Positions 34,284-45,015 of a stretch of DNA of 64,000 nt are shown piece by piece. Position 1 is the stretch's first letter, and the number at the start of each line of letters is the position of its first letter. Source of the stretch: an uncultured delta proteobacterium (lineage in GTDB: Bacteria; Myxococcota; Kuafuiibacteriia; Kuafuiibacteriales; Kuafuiibacteriaceae). Below the pieces are notes generated by a model. That model was given only the letters and a program-made list of their open reading frames with translations. It did not search any database and was not told the origin of the DNA. Location of the stretch: assembly GCA_963803435.1 (NCBI GenBank), contig CAWDML010000004.1, positions 224,001 through 288,000 on the forward strand, read 5' to 3'. Made by a program: the position numbers and the translations under genes.

Positions 34284-35738
34284 CTAGTCGTCGTCTTCGC
34301 TCACGCCCTCGACGCGCACCGACGCACCGACCAGCGGCCCGCGCTGTCGATCCGGGGTCCCGACCTCGCCGTTCTCATCCGAGCTGTCGAGGCCGCCTCC
34401 CTGCTCCATCTTCTCGACGAGCGCATACACACTCCGCACGTCCACGGACTGGATCTCGGCGATCAGCTCGCACACCAGGGTCCGCGCGTCGTTCGCCGCC
34501 CGCAGCAGATCCTCGATGAACTCCCGCCGCACGCCTCGGTCGCCGGCCACCTCGCGCCATCGTCCCCAGAAGCGGCGCGATCTCCGCTCGTACTGGAGCG
34601 GGATCAGCTCGCCGGCGAACGGCATCAGCACGTAATACAACGTCCGCACATGGTGCATCGCCGCCCGCGGTCGCGGGGACGAGTTCATGCGCCGGCTCTT
34701 CGTGCTGCGTCGCCGGATGACCCCCGGCTTGGGCGCCAGGCTGTGACCGCGTCCCGGCACGTCCATCGGAGTGAGCGGCTCTCCCATGTCGAAGCCGAGG
34801 TCGAGATCCGCGATCAAGGGGCGATCCGGTCCCGAGGACTGCGCATGCGTCGCGTCCTCGTCGTCGAGGTCGTCGAGCTCCAGCGGTGGCGAGCGCCGGG
34901 GTGCCTTCGCCATCTCGGTCCGCTCGGGCCCGTCCTCACCCACGCCCGTCGGCTCGGGGAGCCCGAGATTGCGGATGAACGAGTCGGCCTTCTTCGCCAG
35001 GACCTCGTCCGGGAGATCGATGTGACGGGTCGGTCCCCCATCCTCCTCCTCGAACGCAGGCACCCGCGCCTCCTCCTCCGCGGGCGGCGGCGGAGGTGGC
35101 GCCGGCAGCGCAGGTTTCGACGCGCTCACGCTGGGCGGCCGCTTCGGCCCGCTGCTCGGGTGCGGCAGCGCCGTCGTCGGGTTCTCGTCTTCCTCGGAGA
35201 ACTCTCCCTCCGGCGGCATCGACGCGCCGGTGGCCGCCTTGCGATACCGCCCGCTGTCGGAGCTGGCCTCGTCCACGATCGCGTCGTCCGCCAGCTCTCC
35301 GCTGTGCGTGCGATGCCGATGCACGCGCGAGTCGGTGCCCTCCTCCTCGTCCGCCGGAAGCACCGTCCGCTTGGGCGTCGACAGGCGGCTCGCCCTGCGG
35401 ATCTGCGGCTTCGGCGGCAGCTCCACCGCGTCCACCGTGTAGTCGTCACCCGGCTCCGGGGTGTACGTCGTCGCCGCGCCCACGTTGAACACCTCGAAAG
35501 TGGAGTCGCGACTCAGCGCTTCTGCGAGCTTCTTCAACATCCGGCGCGCGTCGATCTGCGCGCGCACGTCGGCCTCGTTCGACGCCTCCGCCTGCCAGAG
35601 CTTGATCGTCGCGATCACGCGCTCCGACGCGAGGGCGCTCGCATCGTGACGCACCGCGGAGATCATCGCTTCGGGCCAAATGGCATCGGGAATAGGCTTC
35701 TCCCAACCATCTGGAAGCGTGCGGGTGTCCCGGCCCAC
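34284..35738 (-). CDS. Hypothetical protein, helical ends around a long acidic/Pro-rich disordered region
   Basis: 484-aa ORF with host-like codon use and no recognisable family motif. Confidence 0.65.
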   Translation of the reverse strand: MGRDTRTLPDGWEKPIPDAIWPEAMISAVRHDASALASERVIATIKLWQAEASNEADVRAQIDARRMLKKLAEALSRDSTFEVFNVGAATTYTPEPGDDYTVDAVELPPKPQIRRASRLSTPKRTVLPADEEEGTDSRVHRHRTHSGELADDAIVDEASSDSGRYRKAATGASMPPEGEFSEEDENPTTALPHPSSGPKRPPSVSASKPALPAPPPPPPAEEEARVPAFEEEDGGPTRHIDLPDEVLAKKADSFIRNLGLPEPTGVGEDGPERTEMAKAPRRSPPLELDDLDDEDATHAQSSGPDRPLIADLDLGFDMGEPLTPMDVPGRGHSLAPKPGVIRRRSTKSRRMNSSPRPRAAMHHVRTLYYVLMPFAGELIPLQYERRSRRFWGRWREVAGDRGVRREFIEDLLRAANDARTLVCELIAEIQSVDVRSVYALVEKMEQGGGLDSSDENGEVGTPDRQRGPLVGASVRVEGVSEDDD

Positions 35739-35850
35739 GGGCGCCGAGCATATCAGGATGCCGAGGTAGGAGGGATGAGGGGCCGCGGTCCTGGTTGTCC
35801 GCGTGACCGAACGTTGATACGGCGGGGGGTGGGACCCTGGTCCGGCGCCG

Positions 35851-37080
35851 TCATCGGGCGTGTCGACGGCCGATCTCGAGGACGACCGAGACCACCTGCG
35901 CGTGCTCCTCGGGCGTCATCGCCGAGAAGATGGGAAGGCTGATCAGCCGCACCCAAGTGCGCGACGCGGCGGGACAATGCTCCGCCGTCCACCCGAGCTG
36001 CTCGTAGTAGGGATGCAAATGCAGCGGGCGCCAGTGAACCGAGCAGCCCACTCCGGCGTCCTTCAACGAATCGATGAACTGATTGCGATCGATCGCCAGC
36101 GCCTCGAGGCGGAGCTTGATCGGGAAAAGATGCCACGAGTGGATGAGGTTCGGTTCGGCCGGCGGCACCTCGAAGAAGTCCTGATCCGCGAACGCACGGC
36201 AGTACCGGCTGCGCGATCTGCGCGCGTCCGGTCCGCATCCCCTCGGCCCGTGTGACCTGGTGGATCCCGATCGCGGCAGCGAGGTCGGTGAGGTTGTACT
36301 TGTATCCCGGAGCGACGATCCGGTAGTCCCAGGCCCGCCCGCCGGAGTACCGCGTCCAGGCATCTTGCGAGAGCCCGTGGAGCGACATCACGCGCATGCG
36401 ATCGGCGAGCGCCTTATCGGCGGTCACGGCCATCCCGCCCTCGCCGGTCGTGATCGTCTTGTTCGCGTAGAACGAGAAACACGTCGCCTGTGACGTGTTC
36501 TCTCCGCACCGCCGCCAGTGCTCTTGCTCGCCTCGCGCGCCAGGCCGCTGGAAAGGCGTGCGCGGCGTCCTCGACGCACCCAGAGCTCATGGCGATCGGC
36601 CAGCCTCTGCATCGCGACGACGTCGAGCATGGCGCCGCCGACATGCACTGGGATCACGCCGACCAGCTCTGCGTCCTTCGGAACCGGAAGCAGTCCGTCC
36701 CGCAGCATGGAGACCTTCCGCTCCGCATCCTCGAAGTCGAGGTTCAACGTCGCCGGATCGCAGTCGACGAGCACCGGGTGTGCCCCGAGATACCGAATGA
36801 CCTCCGCCGTCGCTGCAAAGGTCATCGCCGGAATCAGCACCGCCTGGCCGGCGCGGAGTCCGAGCGCGTCGACGGCCAAATGGAGCGCCGCCGTGCACGA
36901 ATTCACCGCGACGGCGTGCTCGGCTCCGACCGCATCCGCGAGTGCCGCTTCGAATCGCTTGGTCCGCGGCCCGGTGGTCAGCCAGCCCGATCGCAGGGTC
37001 TCGACGACCTCTGCGATCTCCTCTTCGCCGATCTCCGGACGAAAATACGGAACAGCGAGTGTGCGATCCGGCGCCATCAT
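35851..37080 (-). CDS. DegT/DnrJ/EryC1/StrS PLP aminotransferase (several frameshifts)
   Basis: SGWLTTGP, NSCTAALHLA, EDAAHA, FSFYANKTITTGEGG region, PGYKYNLTD, HSWHLF, SLPIF spread over several frames. Confidence 0.85.
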
Positions 37081-37187
37081 CGCGAGCGGCGCACACCCAA
37101 CCCAGGTGGTCGACGTGTGTCAACCAATCCTGCGGCGGGCGGCTGAACGTCTGTGCCGGAAGCCGCCCGCCGCATTCGAACCGCGGC

Positions 37188-37291
37188 TCAATCGTTCTGT
37201 GCGCGCGCCAATGGCACAGCCGGGCACTGACCGCCCTCCAGCCGCGTCGCTGTCTCCTGCACGGAGTGGTGCAGCTCGTCCATCTGACTCG
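37188..37291 (-). pseudogene. 3' fragment of the lipoprotein gene interrupted by the IS21-family element
   Basis: Reads SQMDELHHSVQETATRLEGGQCPAVPLARAQND-stop, in frame with the 5' fragment once the IS and one 5-bp copy are removed. Confidence 0.75.
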
Positions 37292-37339
37292 TGATGGTTC
37301 CGGAAATTCTGCTGCCTCCCGTTCCGGAAATTCTGCTGC
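37292..37339 (+). repeat. IS21 left end with two tandem transposase-binding repeats
   Basis: GTTCCGGAAATTCTGCTGC at 37297 and 37321. Confidence 0.9.
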
Positions 37340-37441
37340 TTCGAAGCGAAAGGAGCGAGCAGGATGATTCACGCGTTGATCTTGGCCATCATGGGAGCGC
37401 TGATGCCGATTCGGGGTTCGAGCGGATACGGGAACGGGGAC

Positions 37442-38854
37442 ATGATCCCGCTCCTCAAACGCCACGAGATCCAGGTGCTTCTCAAGGCGGGCTTCTCGAC
37501 CCGAGACGTCGCCGAGCGCAGCGGCACTTCAATCGACACGGTGAGACGGGTTCGACGCGAGGCCGATGTCGAGCAGACGGATGACCGCGCCTTGCGAGCG
37601 GAGCGGAAGATCGGCCGACCCTCGAAGGCGGCGCCGTTCGCGGACAAGGTGAGGGCTTGGCTCGTGGAGGATCCGAGGCTGCCCACGCAGGAGCTTCTCC
37701 GGCGGGGGAAGGACTCGGGATATGGCGGAAGCAAGACTGCGTTCTACGCTTTGGTCGCGGGTCTCAGGCCCCCGAAGGCGACTCCGGTCGTGCGCTTCGA
37801 AGGCCTGCCGGGCGAGTTCTCGCAGCACGACTTCGGTCACGTCGACGTGAAGTTCGTCGATGGTCGCAAGCAGCGGATCCACTTCTTCGCCTCCCGCCTG
37901 AAGTATTCGCGGTTTGCGCGAGTCACCCTCGTTGAGGACGAGCGTGTCGAGACGATCGTTCGCTGTCTCGCTCGGGACTTCGTGGCGTTCGGGGGCCTGC
38001 CGTTGATGGCGGTCTTCGATCGACCGCGTACCATCGTCAAAAAGGCGGGCAGAGGTCGTGACGTCGAGGAGTTCAACGCCACCTTTGCTCAAGCCATCGT
38101 CGACATCGGCGTCGGCGTCGAGATGTGCGCCCCGAGGAGCGGCAACCAGAAGGGGTCCGTGGAGCGGCTCGTCGGTTGGGTGAAAAGCTCGTTCTTCAAG
38201 CACCGCAAGTTCCAAGACATGGAGGACCTGCGGACGCAGCTCGATGCCTGGCATCTCGAGGTCAACACGAAGACACCCTCGCGAGCGACGGGCGTGATTC
38301 CGGAAATCCGGCGTCAGGAGGAGCTCGCCCGTCTTCGACCCATCAAGGTGTTTCCGGAAACGCTCGCCTTGCGCATGCCCATCTTCGTTGGACCCACGGC
38401 CGAGGTCATGTTCGAGGGCGTCGCGTACTCGATGCCTCCTGGGGCGACCCACGTAGCGGGGACGCTCTTCTTGTACGAGGACCAGGTTCGCATCGTCGCA
38501 GGCCGCTTCGAGTGCGAGCATCGTCGACGAAAGACCGGCGAGCCACCTTCGCCGTTACCTGAGCATCGTGCGGCCAAGATCGCCGCGGTTCATGGGAAGC
38601 GCGCCAAGCTATACGAGAAGCGCCAACAGATCCTCAACCTTGGTCCTGCGGCGCTCGCGTTGCTCACAGAGATCACTCACCAAGATCCCAAGCTTTCACA
38701 CCGGCGTGTCGAGGAGCTGTACGAGTTGCTCGAGCAATATGGAGACGACCTCCTGCGCTCCGCCATCACCCAGGCCGTCGAGGAGGGGCGTCTCTCTGTC
38801 GCCGGAGTACGTCGCGGGATCCTAGCGAACGCGGCGCGCCGAGGTGCGCGATGA
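37442..38854 (+). CDS. istA: IS21 transposase IstA
   Basis: N-terminal HTH, RFE.LPGE..Q.DFG, L.YSR, GG.P....FD, KGSVER.V DDE motifs. Confidence 0.95.
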   Translation: MIPLLKRHEIQVLLKAGFSTRDVAERSGTSIDTVRRVRREADVEQTDDRALRAERKIGRPSKAAPFADKVRAWLVEDPRLPTQELLRRGKDSGYGGSKTAFYALVAGLRPPKATPVVRFEGLPGEFSQHDFGHVDVKFVDGRKQRIHFFASRLKYSRFARVTLVEDERVETIVRCLARDFVAFGGLPLMAVFDRPRTIVKKAGRGRDVEEFNATFAQAIVDIGVGVEMCAPRSGNQKGSVERLVGWVKSSFFKHRKFQDMEDLRTQLDAWHLEVNTKTPSRATGVIPEIRRQEELARLRPIKVFPETLALRMPIFVGPTAEVMFEGVAYSMPPGATHVAGTLFLYEDQVRIVAGRFECEHRRRKTGEPPSPLPEHRAAKIAAVHGKRAKLYEKRQQILNLGPAALALLTEITHQDPKLSHRRVEELYELLEQYGDDLLRSAITQAVEEGRLSVAGVRRGILANAARRGAR

Positions 38855-40029
38855 CGACCGACCTCGACGTGTTTCTCAGACGTCTTCACCTGGCCAATGC
38901 ACGTCGCGTTTGGCGAGCGCTGGTTGAGCGCGCCGAGAAGGAGCAGTGGTCGCATGGGCAGCTCCTGGAGACGCTCTTCGCGGAGGAGATCGCGCACCGC
39001 CGGGGCACGAGGCTGATGCGGGCCACCCGCACGGCCGCGTTCCCCTTCTTACGCACGATCGAGGAGTTCGACTTCTCGTATCAGTCGGCGCTTCGTCTCA
39101 CCACGATCGGCTCTCTGCTCGCACCCGACTTCGTCACCGAAGGCCGCTCGGTGATCCTCGAAGGCAAGCCGGGTCGAGGAAAGACCCATCTGGCGATCGC
39201 CATCGCGTATCGCGCCTTGCAGAACGGCTTCGATGCGTTGTTCACCACGGCCGCTGAGCTCATCGATCACCTCTCCTCGGCGAGTCGCTCGGGGCGTCTG
39301 CAGGACGCAATCGCCAAGTACCTAAAGCCGAACGTCCTTGTAGTCGATGAGGTCGGCTACCTCGCGTGCAGCGACGACGCTGCCAACGTGCTCTATCACG
39401 TCGTGAATGACCGCCACATTCGGCGCCGATCGATGCTCTTCACGACGAACAAGCATCCGAAACGTTGGGGCGTGGCGCTTCACGATGAGGACTTGGCCGA
39501 GGCAATCGTCGACCGGATTCTTGAACGCGGACGCTTGTTGCGCCTCGACGGCCCGTCGGTGAGAACGAAACACTTGCCCGAAGACGACCTCGTCGAGGAG
39601 GTTCAGGACAACTCAACCGGCAGCAGAATTTCTGGAAAAACGGCAGCAGAGTTTCCGGAACGCACAGCTCGGATAGCTCGGTGTGAACACAATCTGGGCC
39701 CCTTGGTCCGTGTTCTCCACCCGAAGCCGCAACGTCGGTATCTGCTGGGTCATGTCACGCTGATGCGCCCGCTCCATCTCTGCCATCCGTTGCACGCGGT
39801 CCCGGAGGTCCTGGACATCGCCAGTCGTGGTGAACGTCAACGCGACGCCGTTTTCGACGTCGTTGATGCTCACAGTGGTGCCCTTGACCATCATCGGGCA
39901 CGAGCTTGCGATATCGGACGGCTGCTCGGTCCGCTGCTCGTTTTGCTGCCCGACTGGCGCCTCTTGCTCCATCGGCTCTTGCTCGGGCACGTGCCTATGC
40001 GACGCACACCCCACGATCGCGAGACCTAA
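38851..40029 (+). CDS. istB: IS21 helper ATPase IstB (no stop inside the IS; frame runs about 120 codons into flanking DNA)
   Basis: FDFSYQ, GKPGRGKTHLA Walker A, VVDEVGY Walker B, TTNK, AIVDRIL, GPSVR; ATGA overlap with istA. Confidence 0.9.
   Translation: MTTDLDVFLRRLHLANARRVWRALVERAEKEQWSHGQLLETLFAEEIAHRRGTRLMRATRTAAFPFLRTIEEFDFSYQSALRLTTIGSLLAPDFVTEGRSVILEGKPGRGKTHLAIAIAYRALQNGFDALFTTAAELIDHLSSASRSGRLQDAIAKYLKPNVLVVDEVGYLACSDDAANVLYHVVNDRHIRRRSMLFTTNKHPKRWGVALHDEDLAEAIVDRILERGRLLRLDGPSVRTKHLPEDDLVEEVQDNSTGSRISGKTAAEFPERTARIARCEHNLGPLVRVLHPKPQRRYLLGHVTLMRPLHLCHPLHAVPEVLDIASRGERQRDAVFDVVDAHSGALDHHRARACDIGRLLGPLLVLLPDWRLLLHRLLLGHVPMRRTPHDRET
39620..39666 (-). repeat. IS21 right end with two tandem repeats
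   Basis: GCAGCAGAATTTCTGGAA and GCAGCAGAGTTTCCGGAAC followed by GCACA; reverse complement of the left-end repeats. Confidence 0.9.
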
Positions 40030-40053
40030 CAACCCGACGAGATGAGTTCTCAT
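39667..40053 (-). pseudogene. 5' fragment of a lipoprotein gene disrupted by the IS
   Basis: AAGGAGG RBS, MRTHLVGLLGLAIVGC lipobox, CPMMVKGTTV...ENGVALTFT...VENTDQGAQIVFTPSYPS ending at the IS boundary. Confidence 0.8.
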
Positions 40054-40206
40054 GATCATCCTCCTTCGGTCGGAGGATGCAGCCGGCGCACCACCGCGAG
40101 CCCCCGTCGCTTCGCCTGGGGTGCCGGGGCGGTCTGGAACGGCTGTTTTGGGCCAGTTGTCGAGATTCCCGAACACTGATAGGGGGCCTGGGCACAAAGA
40201 GCAGCG

Positions 40207-42712
40207 ATGCCGGTGGGAGGTTCCAGGGGCGGTTTCGGCACGATCGCCGACTGGGCGCTGTTCGCGTCGATCGTCGTCGCCCCAGTCGCGGGCGGGAGCG
40301 TCCGGCCGGTCATGCTCCCGATCCTGGCCGCGCTCGGCTTCCTCGCATTCGCTGCGACGCTCGTCGGCCACCACCGCGCCGGGCGAAGCCAGCACGTCTC
40401 GCCGCTTACGGTCGGTCTGCTCGTGGCCGCTGCTCTCACGCTGCTTCAGGTCGTCCCACTCCCGTCGCTCGCTCCTGGCGACTGGTGTCCCCGCATGCTC
40501 ACGAATTGCGCAGCTACGTCGGCGCGCTCGAGGGAGCAGTGCCGATCAGCTACGAGGCGGCCGCGACGCTCCGCACCGCCTCACTGCTCGCGCTCTACGC
40601 GATGATCGCGCACGTCGCGTACGAGCGCGCGTCGACGCGGAACGGGCTTTACCTTCGTGTCGCGCGCACTGGTGGTGGCGGCGATCGCGTCCGGCTGGTG
40701 ACCGCCGTGCTTCATCGCGTCACCGGCGCGGACCGGATGCTCGGTCTACTGCACTCGGCCAAGCCGGCTTCGCATCTCATCACCACGTTCGTCGAATCCC
40801 AACCATGGTGCCGGCTTCATGCTGCTCGCCTCGCTCGCCGCTGTGGGGCTTGCGGTCGGGGAGCGGACCCGTCCCGAACGCGTCCGCTATCTGGGAGCCG
40901 CGCTGCTCGCTGCTATCGCGTCGGTGCTCTGCCTGTCGCGCGGCGCTCTCATCGCGCTCTGCATTGGCTTTATTCTCTTCGTGTTTCTCTTGATGCGGCG
41001 CGGTGAGGTCTTCGAGGATCGCCGATCGAATGCTCCCGCCCTGGTCGGGGCCACGATCGCCGTCCTGCTGTGCGTCCTCGCCTGGCAATACACACACTGG
41101 CTCAGAGAGTTCACTGGAACTGAAGAGGACCCGCTCGGCTTCTCGGGCAAGCTCAACGCGATGCGGGATGCCGGCCCGCTCATCGCGGATCATCCGCTCC
41201 TCGGGATCGGACGCGGCGCCTACGTCTCCGTCTATCCTGCTTACAAGACGACGCCGCACCAGTTCACGTACACGCATCCAGAGAACGTCGTCGTTCAAGC
41301 TCCTCGCTGACTGGGGCATTCCGCTCGGTGTCGCTGCGGTCGTCGCGCTCGTCTTTGTCATCTATCGTCGTCTCCGCCGCGCACGGAACGTCGCGATTCT
41401 CGGAGCGATGACCGGCGTGGCTGCGCTCGCGCTGCAAAACCTGGTCGACTTCAACCTCGAGATCCCGGGCGTTGCGCTCCCGGTGGCCGCGATCCTCGGC
41501 GCCTCTGGGGTCACGGCCGTGAAGGGCCGGCGGTTGTCGATCACGAAGCCGTTGGGCGTGACCTTCGCCGTGCTGCCAGTGCTTCTGCTCGGGGTCGCGC
41601 TCGCCGGCACGATGGTCACTCCGGATCTCGTCGGCGACCTTCAGTACGCGCAGGCGAAGGCGTGGAGCGCAGATCCCGACGCGCTCGCGGAGCTCGACCC
41701 GGTGGCGAAGAGGCATCCTGCAAATCCGGTCGTCTCCGCCCGCATCGCCTACGCCGCCGAGACCCACGATCCGCCCGATCTCAAGGCCGCGCTGCGGTGG
41801 GCGAATCGAACGATGTACCTCGCTCCGACCTACGCGGACGGCCACGTTGTCACCGGTCGTTTGTTGCTCCAGTTCGGCTATCGAGATCAAGCGTTCGCGG
41901 AGATGCGCCAGGCGTGGAGCATGACGGACGAGCTCGACGGCGAGCGGATCATCTCCCAGGTTGTTCAGCTGGCACGTACCGTCGACGAGATCCGGCGTGC
42001 GGTCCCACGCCGCGACTCCGTGATGGACGAGCCCGACGAGAAACAGCTCGCGCTGGTGGCGCTCTTCCTGATCCGTCAGGATCGAACGGAGTGGGCGGAG
42101 CAGCTCCTGGACTCGGTCGGACCCATTGAGTCGGTCCCCCCTTCGAGCCTCGGTCCGCTCGCGACCGCAGCGCTGCGTGTCGGCAACTATGCTCTCGCCG
42201 AGCGAGCGCTCACACGGAGCAGCCGTGTCGCTCCTGGTGAAGCTGCGACCCTGGAGGGCCTGCTCGAGGTCCTCGTTCACAAGAACGACCTGGACGCCGC
42301 GCGAGCGCTGATCGCCGAGGCCCTGGGAGTTCGCGACATCGATCCCTCGCCCTTCCTCCGCGCACGCCTCGAGCTGGCGCTCCAGTCGAATCACCTCGAA
42401 GAAGCCCGCGAGACGCTGGGCGAAATGCAGCGGAGGCTGTCTCCGACCCAACAGAACCAGGTGCTGCTGGCGCGGATGCAAAGCCGAATCGAGCTCCGCG
42501 ACAACCACCCGATGGCGGCGGTTCACGCGATGGACGATGCGATTCGCCTCGCCCCGGGTCGCGCCGAGCTCCGCGTCGAACGGGCTCGCCTTCTCCTTCG
42601 GGTCGGGAAGCGCGAGCGGGCCCGAATCGACGCCAAGGCCGCGCTCGACCTTGCCCCGAACAACGGCTCCGCCAAGGCCATCCTGGATCGTTTGCCCGAG
42701 AAGGTGCCGTAG
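40207..42712 (+). CDS. O-antigen ligase/Wzy_C membrane domain fused to TPR repeats (several frameshifts)
   Basis: Multiple TM helices, LSRGA, HPLLGIGRGAY, THPEN, LVDFNLEIPG; helical TPR-like C-terminus. Confidence 0.8.
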
Positions 42713-42823
42713 ATCCGAGCTGGTATGGGTTTCGCTTGCGCTTCTCGAACTGCCAAAGTACGAGCGAGCTCGTCCAAGGTGAACGCTGCCAACGGCGTGC
42801 GGCACCAGACCTAGGAGGTTTTC

Positions 42824-45013
42824 GTGCGCGACAGCGAGCGACTTAGCGGCGTTGCACCCAGGTCGGAGGGTCCGCTGTTTGCTTTGGACCCCCAGGACGT
42901 TCTCCGGGCGATCCGACGCCGGCCCTGGGTGTTGATCGTCTCGATCCTGGCCACGGCGGCGATCTTCTGGGGCGTCTCGGTTCGACAGAAGAAAGTCTAC
43001 CAGGCCGCCGCCGCCGTCGTCCTCGATCCGTCGCTCCCCAAGGTCCTGGGCGAGGGCTTCGACGTCGAGAACAATGAAGCGCGAGGCGGGGCGCAAGAGA
43101 CCTTCTTCAACACCCAGTACAAGATCATGACCAGCCGCGCGGTCCTCCGCGAAGTGATCTCGAGGCTGAAGCTCCAGGACGACGAGAAGTTTCGCGAAGA
43201 CTACGGGATCCAGAACGCGCAGTACCCGATGAAGGCGCTGGAGCGCATCCTCCCCGCGCTGGTCGAAGTCCTCCCGGAACAGAAGACCAACATCGTACGG
43301 GTGGTGGTCGAGGACTACGACGCCGATCGGGCGGCCCGGATCGCCAACGCGCTGGCTCAGGCCTACATCGATCAGAGCCTGGAGCGGAGGCTCTCGAACA
43401 CGCGCAACGCCTCGAAGTGGTTGGATCAGCGTGTCGACGAGTTTGCCAAGAAGCTCGACGAGTCCCAGGAGAAGCTATTCGAGTTCAAGAAGAGCAACAT
43501 GCTCGTCTCCGTGTCCGTCGAGGACCGCAAGAACATGACGACGGCCAACCTGCAGGCGCTCAACGGCAAGCTGCTGCTCGTGAGAGAGAAGCTCCTCGAG
43601 TTCGAAGCCGAGCGCACGGTGATCGAGTCTGCCACGGTCGCCATCACGGCGGTCCCGCGCGTCCGAGATAACGAGGTCGTCAATTCCCTGAAGGCGGCGC
43701 TGCTCGACCTGGAGCGAAAGCGCGCCGATCTCTCTAGCCGCTACGGTGCGAAGCACCCGAACATGCTCGCGATCCAGAATCAAATTGATCAGGTAAAGGG
43801 GTGCCTGGACAACGAGATCAAAACCATCGTCGGCACACTCGACAACGAGATCATGGAGCAGAAGGATACGATCTCGCGAATTCAGGTGGAGATGCGCTCC
43901 GAGACGCAGCTCGCGATGGAGCTCAACAACCTCGCTCTCGAGTACTCGAAGCTCAGCCGCGATGTAGGTACGAACCAAGAGACCTACCAGAGCTTGCTCA
44001 AACGGCAAACGGAGACGGATCTCTCCGGTTTGCTCGAGTCCAACTTCGTGCGCTGGCTGGAGACGGCAGAGCCGCGCTCGTCACCGATCCGGCCGTCGGT
44101 GCCCCTCAACACGGTGCTTGGCGCGATCCTCGGTCTGTTGATTGCGCTCGCCCTGGCCGTCGGCGAGGTCCTCCTCGACAACACGGTGCACAGCCAGAAC
44201 GACGTTGAAGAGCGGCTCGGACAGGTGCTGCTCGGGCTCGTCCCAGCGATCGATCCTCAGCAGCTCCAGCCTGCCAGCAATGAGCGCGGCGTCATGCGAG
44301 CCCGTGACCTCCACGTGCACGATGATCCGAGGAGCTCGGTGGCGGAGTGCGCGCGCTCGATCCGCACGAATCTAATGTTCATCGACAGCGCGGACAAGCA
44401 GCGGAAGCTGAACCGCATCCTCCTGACGAGCCCGCATCCGGCCGAGGGCAAGTCGATGACGGCGATCATTCTTGGCACCATCATGGCGCAAGCGGGCAAT
44501 CGAACCTTGATCATCGATACCGATCTGCGACGCCCCCGGCTTCACAAGACGTTCGGCGTCTCATCGGAGCAGGGCGTGACCTCCGTTCTCCTGGGCACGT
44601 CGACGCTCAAGGACGCGATCAAGAAGACCGAGGTCGTCGGCCTCGATGTGCTCCCTTGCGGCCCGCTGCCGCCGAACCCCGCCGAGCTCCTTCACAGCGA
44701 TGACTTCGAGAAGATGCTCCAAGAGGCCCAGCTGCACTACGATCGGATCTTGCTCGATTCTCCTCCGGTCAACGCAGTCACGGATCCGATCATTCTCTCG
44801 AAGCTGGTCGACGGGACGATCTTGGTGGTGAAGTCCGCGAAGACGACCAAAGAGGCCGCCCGCCGCGCACTCCGTCAGCTGGGCGACGTAGGTGCCAACA
44901 TGCTCGGCGTGGTGCTGAACGACGTCGATTTCAAGGACGGCAGCTACTACTACAACTACTACTACTACTACAAACGCGGCTACGGCTCCGAGGACAAGAC
45001 CGCCGAGGCCTGA
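42824..45013 (+). CDS. wzc: Polysaccharide co-polymerase / tyrosine autokinase
   Basis: Two TM helices around a coiled coil, AE..RSIRTN, EGKS, DTDLRRP, GPLPPNPAELL, DSPP and a C-terminal tyrosine cluster. Confidence 0.93.
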   Translation: MRDSERLSGVAPRSEGPLFALDPQDVLRAIRRRPWVLIVSILATAAIFWGVSVRQKKVYQAAAAVVLDPSLPKVLGEGFDVENNEARGGAQETFFNTQYKIMTSRAVLREVISRLKLQDDEKFREDYGIQNAQYPMKALERILPALVEVLPEQKTNIVRVVVEDYDADRAARIANALAQAYIDQSLERRLSNTRNASKWLDQRVDEFAKKLDESQEKLFEFKKSNMLVSVSVEDRKNMTTANLQALNGKLLLVREKLLEFEAERTVIESATVAITAVPRVRDNEVVNSLKAALLDLERKRADLSSRYGAKHPNMLAIQNQIDQVKGCLDNEIKTIVGTLDNEIMEQKDTISRIQVEMRSETQLAMELNNLALEYSKLSRDVGTNQETYQSLLKRQTETDLSGLLESNFVRWLETAEPRSSPIRPSVPLNTVLGAILGLLIALALAVGEVLLDNTVHSQNDVEERLGQVLLGLVPAIDPQQLQPASNERGVMRARDLHVHDDPRSSVAECARSIRTNLMFIDSADKQRKLNRILLTSPHPAEGKSMTAIILGTIMAQAGNRTLIIDTDLRRPRLHKTFGVSSEQGVTSVLLGTSTLKDAIKKTEVVGLDVLPCGPLPPNPAELLHSDDFEKMLQEAQLHYDRILLDSPPVNAVTDPIILSKLVDGTILVVKSAKTTKEAARRALRQLGDVGANMLGVVLNDVDFKDGSYYYNYYYYYKRGYGSEDKTAEA

Positions 45014-45015
45014 CC

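Larger units (their letters stand above)
37292..39666 (+). mobile_element. IS21-family insertion sequence, 2375 bp
   Basis: istA-istB pair; TG...CA ends; inverted ends TGATGGTTCCGGAAATTCTGCTGCC / TGTGCGTTCCGGAAACTCTGCTGCC; flanks ACTCG / GCTCG (imperfect 5-bp target duplication). Confidence 0.93.

Noticed and set aside
37297-37339. 19-bp direct repeats as a CRISPR array or operator
   Set aside because: Only two copies 5 bp apart, mirrored at 39620-39661; they are IS21 end repeats and no cas gene is present.
39667-40029. IstB extension as a functional fused domain
   Set aside because: It is the antisense strand of the disrupted lipoprotein gene, so its sequence is incidental.
44945-44971. 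TAC microsatellite as a phase-variation tract
   Set aside because: In-frame triplets encoding the standard Wzc tyrosine cluster.
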